Positions 57,850 to 64,000 of a stretch of 64,000 bases of DNA are shown here, in pieces; position 1 is the first letter of the stretch, and every line of letters starts with the position of its first letter. The DNA is taken from contig CAWKCE010000005.1 of the NCBI GenBank assembly GCA_963848085.1, positions 559,667 through 623,666 on the forward strand, given 5' to 3'. This stretch comes from an uncultured Actinomycetota bacterium. GTDB lineage: Bacteria; Actinomycetota; Actinomycetes; JAHEKZ01. The position numbers and the translations under genes were made by a program. Under the pieces are notes generated by a model. The model saw nothing but the letters and a program-made list of their open reading frames with translations, ran no database searches and was not told where the DNA came from.

Positions 57850-58662
57850 TCACGCCAGACCCGGATGTGGACACACGGACTGCGTATCGATGAGCGATCC
57901 GTCGGTGGACTGGTAGATGTCGGTGTACTCGACCCGCCAACCGGCTGCGAGCAGCTGGGGGAGCGCGGGGTGTGGGCCCGGCAGGGTGACAACGGCCCTG
58001 CGGTTCAGCGAGCCGAGGACAGCGAGCACCGCATCGGCTTGACTGGTGGCGCCGACGAGATGGGATATGCCGAACCCGCCACCCTCTCCCCCGACTGCGG
58101 CGACTCCCAAGACCAATTCGCCCCGGGCCGCCACCAGGCACTTCCCGGACGTCCGCTGGGACCAGTAGCGATAGTCGTCGGCACGGTCCTGTCCGGTCAG
58201 ACCCTCCTCGAGCGACGACGCCGTCGCCGCGTCCACCTCCGAGACGCTGACCCCCTCGACAGGTGGCAGGGCGCCGACGTCACCGGCCAGGTACAGCAGG
58301 GGCCAACGCGGCGTCATCCCCGCCCGCACATACAAGGGGAGCGCGGCCGGGTCCAGCGAGCTGAAGGTCTGCCGGTGCGGTGCATCGGTCCAGGCCGCCG
58401 CCAGCAGGGCGCCGCCCACGCCCCGCCCGCGGTGGTCAGGGTGGATGAACAGGTCGCCGAGCATGTCGGCTGACCCCACACGTCGAGACGCGACGTAGCC
58501 CACGACGTCACCGGCTACTTCTGCCACGCCCAGTCGGCCCACCGCCATGAAATGACGGAGGTAACGACGGTCACCGCCGCCGCCCTCTGCACCCTGACCT
58601 ACCAGCTCCGCAACCGCAGTGATGCCGTCCAGGTCAGCTTCCGCGGCCGGTCGTACCTTCAT
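57850..58662 (-). CDS. GNAT family acetyltransferase (two-lobed)
   Basis: From 'MKVRPAAEADLDGI'; 'FIHPDHRGRGVGGALL' motif A; the 548-aa track ORF N-terminus overlaps the VKOR gene and is rejected. Confidence 0.6.
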   Translation of the reverse strand: MKVRPAAEADLDGITAVAELVGQGAEGGGGDRRYLRHFMAVGRLGVAEVAGDVVGYVASRRVGSADMLGDLFIHPDHRGRGVGGALLAAAWTDAPHRQTFSSLDPAALPLYVRAGMTPRWPLLYLAGDVGALPPVEGVSVSEVDAATASSLEEGLTGQDRADDYRYWSQRTSGKCLVAARGELVLGVAAVGGEGGGFGISHLVGATSQADAVLAVLGSLNRRAVVTLPGPHPALPQLLAAGWRVEYTDIYQSTDGSLIDTQSVCPHPGLA

Positions 58663-58685
58663 GAGCCCCTTCCCGCCTGGACAGC

Positions 58686-59279
58686 TCAGTCCAACGCGAA
58701 CCCAGCGACCATCATGGCCGCCACGATCGCCGCCAGCCCGGTCCACAGCAGAAGGTCCGTGCCGCCTCGCACTAGCGCGCCCGCGGCGCGGAGGGGCCGG
58801 TTGCCGTCGAGGAACCCCGCGGCATAGCCCACCCGCCACCACGCGGCATTGACGACGGTGACCATCGTCCCGATGACCAGGCAGTACAGACAGATCCGCG
58901 CGATTGCGAACGTGGTCTGCGCGAGGAACCAGACGGTGAACGCAGCCATGAAGCCGGCGAGGAAAGTCGCCACGCCCCACGCCGGCTTGGCCAGCCGAGA
59001 GCCGAGCAGTGCCGCTCCGGACACCGCCAACATGACCGTGAAGACGGTCAGGCCGATGACGGAGTTGGGGATCGGGCCGAAGACGCTCGACTGCCAGGCG
59101 GTGAGGACGCTCCCGCAGGCAAACGTGCCGTTGATGTCGCACAGCAGTCCGGCGCTGGGGTCCTCGGCCAGCGCGATGCGCTCCACGATCTGGATCGTCG
59201 TCGCGGCCATGCCGATCACGGCCGAGGCTGCGATCCCCGCGAGCCAGCCGGTCGACGTCGTCGTCGTGGTGTCGGTCAC
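58686..59279 (-). CDS. vitamin K epoxide reductase (VKOR) family membrane protein
   Basis: 'CDINGTFACGSVL' loop cysteines and active-site 'CLYC' in TM helix; GTG start 59277-59279. Confidence 0.7.
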   Translation of the reverse strand: MTDTTTTTSTGWLAGIAASAVIGMAATTIQIVERIALAEDPSAGLLCDINGTFACGSVLTAWQSSVFGPIPNSVIGLTVFTVMLAVSGAALLGSRLAKPAWGVATFLAGFMAAFTVWFLAQTTFAIARICLYCLVIGTMVTVVNAAWWRVGYAAGFLDGNRPLRAAGALVRGGTDLLLWTGLAAIVAAMMVAGFALD

Positions 59280-59401
59280 CCCCTGAGCGTCGACGGGTTC
59301 GGGTCCGCGCCCTACGGCCGAAGGTCCCGACCCTCCTCGGGATGGGTCCCGTCCCGAGGAACGGGCTCGACGCCTTCTCACAGTGGCGAGACGATGGTGG
59401 G

Positions 59402-60241
59402 GTGACCTGGCAGCTGACCAACGACGTGCGGACGTTCGGCGACCTGGTCGGCCCGTTGATGGCCGCCGACCCGGCCGCGCACACCATCGGCCTCACGGTG
59501 ATCGAGAGGGCGCTGGCGCGCTCGCCAGACGCCCCCCACGCCGACAGCTACGGCTACTGGGTCGAGCCGGACGGCTCGGTGACCGGCGGGTTCTCGATCA
59601 CCCCGCCGCACGCGGTTCTGCTGGAGGTTCTCCCCGACGCCGCCCTCCAGCCGCTGGTCGAGGCACTGGGCGACCGGCTCACCCGCGTGAACGCCCCCGA
59701 GGCACTGGCCACGAAAATGGCCGCCGAGTGGTCGAAGGTGCGCGGTGGCACGGCATCGGTCAGCATGAGGACGCGTCTGTTCCGCCTCGGGGAGCTCACA
59801 CCTCCCGACCCAGCGCCGGATGGCTACGCTCGAGCGGCCACCTCCGAGGACCTCGACGTGCTCGTCGTCTGGTGGCGCGCCTTCCACGACGAAATCCCCG
59901 GGCCGGACCTGGTCGACGACCCCGCGGCCGCAGTGGCGGAGCTGCTCGCCCGCGACGCTTGCCGCCTGTGGTGCACTCCGGACGGGACGCCGGTGTCGAT
60001 GGCGGGCATCTCCGTGCCGGCTGTGGGCGCAGTTCGGATCGGCCCCGTCTACACGCCCGCGGGCTTGCGCCGTCACGGGTACGCCGCCGGCGCCACGGCC
60101 GCCGCAGCCACGGCCGCCCAGGAGCGCGCAACCGAGGTGCTCCTGTTCACCGACCTGGCCAACCCGACGTCGAACGCGCTGTACCCAAGGCTCGGCTTCT
60201 CCCCAGTGATGGACCGCGTGACCTACCGCTTCGACGCCTGA
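59402..60241 (+). CDS. GNAT family acetyltransferase
   Basis: C-terminal 'RRHGYAAGATAAAATAAQERATEVLLFTDLANPTSNALYPRLGF'; GTG start 59402 (track ORF 59342). Confidence 0.6.
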   Translation: MTWQLTNDVRTFGDLVGPLMAADPAAHTIGLTVIERALARSPDAPHADSYGYWVEPDGSVTGGFSITPPHAVLLEVLPDAALQPLVEALGDRLTRVNAPEALATKMAAEWSKVRGGTASVSMRTRLFRLGELTPPDPAPDGYARAATSEDLDVLVVWWRAFHDEIPGPDLVDDPAAAVAELLARDACRLWCTPDGTPVSMAGISVPAVGAVRIGPVYTPAGLRRHGYAAGATAAAATAAQERATEVLLFTDLANPTSNALYPRLGFSPVMDRVTYRFDA

Positions 60242-60283
60242 CAGGTGTCGCCGCGAGACGCAGGTGCCACCGGACCCAGTCTC

Positions 60284-60679
60284 CTACCCGGTGGACGCGA
60301 AGAACTCCAGCGCGATGCCGTCCGGGTCCTTTGCCACCACGGTCGTCCCGTAGGCCTCCCAGCGGATCTCGCCCCTGCTGACTCCGACGCCCGCCAGATG
60401 CTCTGACCAGGCCTCGACCTCGGCGGCATCGCGGCAGGCGACGGACAGATGGTCGAGTCCCACCCTCGTCGGCTCGAACCGGTCGCCATCGGCGGTCGCG
60501 TCGTGCTGAGTCAGCCCCACCACGACGCCCCCGTGGCTGCGCACGAGCACTCGACGCCAGCTGTCGCCCTCGCGGCGCGCCACCACCTCTGCGTCCAGCG
60601 CCCGGCAGTACCAGACCGCGCTGGCCTCGGCGTCCGTGACGGACAAGGTGACGTGGTGGAAGGCGGAAGCATCAGGCAC
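60284..60679 (-). CDS. VOC/glyoxalase-bleomycin resistance family protein
   Basis: 131 aa, 'FHHVTLSVTDAEASAVWY' beta-alpha-beta-beta-beta module. Confidence 0.8.
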   Translation of the reverse strand: MPDASAFHHVTLSVTDAEASAVWYCRALDAEVVARREGDSWRRVLVRSHGGVVVGLTQHDATADGDRFEPTRVGLDHLSVACRDAAEVEAWSEHLAGVGVSRGEIRWEAYGTTVVAKDPDGIALEFFASTG

Positions 60680-60733
60680 GACTGAATCCTGCCAGTCGGG
60701 CCGCGGAGCGCGCCGGTGCCGAGAACGACCGGT

Positions 60734-61231
60734 CTACCACCCGTTTCCCGCGGATCGCCCACCCTGGGCCAGCTGACGGGCGCACGACACGAGGTTCACC
60801 ACGACCGTGACCAGCGAGCCCACGATCCCGATCACCAGCACGAACCGGGTGAGGGCTGCCCAGTCGAACCCGTAGGCGCTGAAGTCGAACGGGAAGACGA
60901 CCAGGATCGCCCACGTTACGACGAAGCCCACGGCCGCGGTCAGCGCGTCGCCGAGCGCCTTGAACCAGCGGGGGTCGTAGGCGAGGAAGACGACGTTGAC
61001 GATCACCGAGATCACCAGCGAGGCGTTGACCAAGCCGACCACGCTCTCGGTGTCGAGGGTGAGGAAGGGAACGGCATCCCAACCTGGCCACCGGTTCACC
61101 GCTACCAGGATCGCCAGGTTGACCACGACCGCGACGACGTAGCCGAACCGGCGCGACGGCCGGGACGGCCGGGACGGCCGATCCTTCGGTGGCGCTTCCT
61201 GTGGGTACGACGACAGCGTCTCAGTGGTCAT
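60734..61231 (-). CDS. hypothetical membrane protein (4 TM) with Pro/Arg-rich N-terminus
   Basis: ORF track; repeated 'PSRPSRPSRR' then four hydrophobic helices. Confidence 0.45.
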   Translation of the reverse strand: MTTETLSSYPQEAPPKDRPSRPSRPSRRFGYVVAVVVNLAILVAVNRWPGWDAVPFLTLDTESVVGLVNASLVISVIVNVVFLAYDPRWFKALGDALTAAVGFVVTWAILVVFPFDFSAYGFDWAALTRFVLVIGIVGSLVTVVVNLVSCARQLAQGGRSAGNGW

Positions 61232-61398
61232 CGGAGGCCTCCTCGGACATCCGGCTCACTGTCGACGCTAGTGAGCAGCTGTCCGACAGGTCAGGGCCGG
61301 ATGTCACGTCCGGCGACCCACGGTCGCCGACCGCAGGTCCGGTGGGGGGACGGCGAGACCCCCGACCGTGATCGGGCTGGTCGGGGGTCTCGTGGTCG

Positions 61399-61482
61399 TG
61401 CGCGAGGGGGGAGTTGAACCCCCATGCCCTTTCGGGCACACGGACCTGAACCGTGCGCGTCTGCCTATTCCGCCACTCGCGC
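61399..61482 (-). tRNA. tRNA-Leu (anticodon CAG)
   Basis: Acceptor GCGCGAG/CTCGCGC, anticodon loop TTCAGGT, long variable arm, T-arm GGGGG-TTCAACT-CCCCC. Confidence 0.8.
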
Positions 61483-61625
61483 TCAGAGAAGCCCGCTCAG
61501 GTTATCACCGGGGAAAGGGCGGCCAGCGCGGCGGGACGAGGCACCCTGGACCGCTGGCTACGATCGTCGGACGGTCCCGTCGCCACAGCGCGTGGGTGTT
61601 CTCCGAGCCTGACAGGGAGGTGACG

Positions 61626-62297
61626 ATGGGCGTTCTCGACCGGTTCGAGCGTCGCATCGACCGCCTGGTCAGCGGCGCGTTCGCGCGCGCGTTCAAGGCC
61701 GAGGTCCAGCCCGTCGAGATCGCCAGCGCCCTGCAACGGGAGTGCGACGACAAGGCCGCGATCGTCGGTCGCGGCCGAACCATGGTGCCCAACGAGTTCC
61801 ACGTGGAGCTCGGCCCGAGCGACTTCGAACGGCTGGCGACGTATCTGGTGCCCCTGTCCACCGAGCTCGCCGACGTCGTCCGGGAGCATGCCGGGGAGCA
61901 GGGCTACGCGCTCGTCGGTCCGGTGGCAGTCACGCTCCAGGAGTCTGAGGCCCTCGAGACCGGGGTCTTCCGCGTGGTGAGTGAAGCCGTCCCCGGTGAC
62001 ATACCGGCCACGCCGCTACTCCCCAACGTCCGGCTGGAGACCGGCGGCAGGAGCATCCCGCTCACCTCCGACCAGGTCATCATCGGCCGGGGCACCGATG
62101 CGGACGTTCGCATCGACGATGCAGGAGTGTCACGACGGCACGCCATCATCCGGCTGAGCCCCACGCCCACCGTGAGTGACCTGGGCTCGACCAACGGCAC
62201 CATCGTCGACGGCATCCGCGTCGACGAGGCCGACCTCGTCGACGGGACGTCGGTGATGGTCGGCAGCAGCACCATGGTGTTCAGGTACGGGGCCTAG
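61626..62297 (+). CDS. fhaA: FhaA (DUF3662 N-domain plus C-terminal FHA domain)
   Basis: 'MGVLDRFERRIDRLVSGAFARAFKAEVQPVEIASALQRE' and FHA 'VIIGRGTDADVRIDDAGVSRRHAII...GSTNGTIVDG'. Confidence 0.8.
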   Translation: MGVLDRFERRIDRLVSGAFARAFKAEVQPVEIASALQRECDDKAAIVGRGRTMVPNEFHVELGPSDFERLATYLVPLSTELADVVREHAGEQGYALVGPVAVTLQESEALETGVFRVVSEAVPGDIPATPLLPNVRLETGGRSIPLTSDQVIIGRGTDADVRIDDAGVSRRHAIIRLSPTPTVSDLGSTNGTIVDGIRVDEADLVDGTSVMVGSSTMVFRYGA

Positions 62298-62299
62298 CG

Positions 62300-62812
62300 G
62301 TGTCCGAGCTCACCCTCACCGTCATCCGGCTCGGCTTCCTGGCGGTGCTGTGGGCGTTCATCTTGACGCTGGCCGGCGTCATGCGCTCCGACCTGTTCGG
62401 CCAGCGGATCAGTCGAAGCGCGACCGCGCAGCCACGCACCCCCAAGCCGGCGCGGAGCGCCACCAGCACGCCCAAGGGCCAACCCCCGAAACAGCCCAAG
62501 CAGCCGCGGGCCAAGCGCGGGGCACCCCGCGTCATGGTCGTGCTCGAAGGGTCATTGAAGGGCACCGAGATCTCGCTCGCCGGGGCTCCCATCACGATCG
62601 GTCGCGCCAGCGACTCGACTCTGGTGCTGAACGACGACTACGCATCCAACCGCCACGCACGGCTGTACCCCCACGAGGGCGTGTGGGTCGTGGAGGACCT
62701 GGGGTCCACAAACGGCACCTACCTCGACCGGATGCGCCTCACGGCGCCCACCGTCGTCTCGCCCGGCACCCCGATCCGCGTCGGCAAGACCGTCTTCGAG
62801 CTGCGGCGGTAG
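62300..62812 (+). CDS. fhaB: FhaB/FipA (TM-anchored FHA-domain protein)
   Basis: N-terminal TM 'LTVIRLGFLAVLWAFILTLAG', FHA 'ITIGRASDSTLVLNDDYASNRHARL...GSTNGTYLD'. Confidence 0.8.
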   Translation: MSELTLTVIRLGFLAVLWAFILTLAGVMRSDLFGQRISRSATAQPRTPKPARSATSTPKGQPPKQPKQPRAKRGAPRVMVVLEGSLKGTEISLAGAPITIGRASDSTLVLNDDYASNRHARLYPHEGVWVVEDLGSTNGTYLDRMRLTAPTVVSPGTPIRVGKTVFELRR

Positions 62813-62814
62813 GA

Positions 62815-64000
62815 GTGACCACCCTCACCCTGCATTTCGCCGCCGCGTCCGACGTCGGGCTGGTGCGCGACAACAACGAGGACTCCGGCTACGCGGGAAC
62901 CCACCTCCTGGTCGTCGCCGACGGCATGGGCGGAGCCGCAGCCGGCGAGGTCGCCAGTTCGGTCGCGGTCGCCGCGCTCGCGCGGCTGGACGACGACGAC
63001 CCCGGCAGCGACCTCCTCGAGGCCCTCGCCCAGGCGGTCAAGCGAGCCGAGGAACAGCTCGCTGCGCTCGTCGACGCGCAGCCGACGCTGAGCGGGATGG
63101 GCACCACGCTCACCGCCCTTCTGCGCTCCGGGTCCCGGCTCGGTCTGCTGCACATCGGCGACTCGCGGGCCTACCTCATGCGCGGCGGAGAGCTGGGTCC
63201 GATCACGCGCGACCACACCCTGGTGCAGAGCCTCATCGACGCCGGTCGGCTCACCAAGGACGAGGCACAGACGCACCCGCAGCGCAGCATTCTGACTCGG
63301 ACCCTCGACGGAACCCATCCGGCGCAGCCGGACCTGTCGGTGCGCGAGCTCGAGAGCGGTGATCGTCTCCTGGTGTGCAGCGACGGGCTGTCCGGTGTGG
63401 TCTCCGAGGAGACCATCGCCGAGACCCTCACCTCGCACGTCGACCCGCAGGACGCTGTCGACACCCTGGTTGCCCTGGCCCTGAAGGGCGGTGGGCCGGA
63501 CAACGTGACGTGTGTGATCGCTGACGTCGTCCCCGTCGACTTCGACGCCTCTGACGAGGACGACGTCGTCGAGGAGGACTCCGCCCTGGCGGTCGGTGCC
63601 GTCAGCCAGCGTCGCGCCTCGCGGAGACTGCAGCTTCCCGACACTCCTGCCGGCCGGGCGGCCGCACTCGTCGCGGGCTCAGCAGCCGCTCCAATGGTGC
63701 GCTCGAGCCGACGCCATCGTCGGCGGGTCGTCCTGCTGACTGCGCTGGGCATGCTTGTGGTCGGCGTGATCGTCGGTGCCCTCTTCGGCTGGTATGCGTG
63801 GGCGCGTCAGCAGTACTTCGTCGCCACGTCAGAGACGGACGCCGGTGTCGTCGTCGCCGTCTACCGCGGTCCGGCCGAGCAGCTGTTCGGCATCAAGTTC
63901 TCCGAGCTCGTCTCGCAGACCGACCTGCTCGTCGCCGAGCTTCCCGAGTTCGAGCAGGAGCAGCTGGCTACGACCATCCCGGCGCGCGGCCCCGACGACG
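62815..64000 (+). CDS. pstP: PP2C-family Ser/Thr phosphatase PstP (3' end beyond window)
   Basis: GTG 62815; 'GLVRDNNEDSGYAG...LLVVADGMGGAAAGEVAS' PP2C motifs; C-terminal TM region runs off the window. Confidence 0.8.
   Translation, partial: MTTLTLHFAAASDVGLVRDNNEDSGYAGTHLLVVADGMGGAAAGEVASSVAVAALARLDDDDPGSDLLEALAQAVKRAEEQLAALVDAQPTLSGMGTTLTALLRSGSRLGLLHIGDSRAYLMRGGELGPITRDHTLVQSLIDAGRLTKDEAQTHPQRSILTRTLDGTHPAQPDLSVRELESGDRLLVCSDGLSGVVSEETIAETLTSHVDPQDAVDTLVALALKGGGPDNVTCVIADVVPVDFDASDEDDVVEEDSALAVGAVSQRRASRRLQLPDTPAGRAAALVAGSAAAPMVRSSRRHRRRVVLLTALGMLVVGVIVGALFGWYAWARQQYFVATSETDAGVVVAVYRGPAEQLFGIKFSELVSQTDLLVAELPEFEQEQLATTIPARGPDD

Noticed and set aside
57850-59496. 548-aa ORF
   Set aside because: Its N-terminal 278 codons overlap the VKOR gene in another frame. 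The GNAT domain begins at Met 58662.

Overview
This is high-GC (about 70%) actinobacterial chromosomal DNA that is densely coded on both strands. The annotation-track ORFs that overlap real genes in other frames or on the opposite strand are artifacts of the GC-rich sequence.

The clearly accessory segment is an integrative, mobilizable element of about 9.1 kb at about 559-9679, inserted in the 3' end of tRNA-Arg(ACG). It is bounded by a 46-bp direct repeat of the tRNA 3' half. It carries a tyrosine integrase, an excisionase-like HTH gene that appears frameshifted, a MobF/TrwC-type relaxase-helicase, and an ECF sigma/anti-sigma pair. It also has 12-bp tandem arm-type repeats just inside both ends.

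The element's most unusual cargo sits between int and the intact tRNA. It is a translationally coupled two-gene module: a minimal HipA-family Ser/Thr kinase lacking N-subdomain 1, followed by a protein whose N-terminal half resembles the missing HipA N-subdomain 1 (HipS-like) and whose C-terminal half matches a HIRAN domain. There is no HipB-like HTH gene. This reversed, HIRAN-linked split HipA is the best candidate for an undescribed toxin-antitoxin or defence system.

The rest of the window is core chromosome:
- tRNA-Ser(GCT), MFS and AI-2E transporters, and a CorA with a GQN motif
- a bfaA/bfaB-like 10-methyl fatty acid cassette
- an orphan MCP, an RCK K+ channel and a GGT-family gene
- an oleA-oleBC-oleD olefin cluster
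- a secreted RTX-repeat protein and tRNA-Ser(TGA)
- an atuA-like/crotonase pair, Qor, and Bpa/PafE with a GPYL tail
- a dpp-type peptide ABC operon with intact ATPases, but at least six frameshifts in its binding protein and two permeases
- thiolase, a CocE/NonD hydrolase, standalone TrpB2, SerS and a GGDEF-EAL protein
- PheA, agmatinase, GDPD, a frameshifted FAD-linked oxidase, Fpg and NMO
- a CoA-transferase, VKOR, GNATs, tRNA-Leu(CAG) and the conserved fhaA-fhaB-pstP cluster

No CRISPR array or rRNA was seen.
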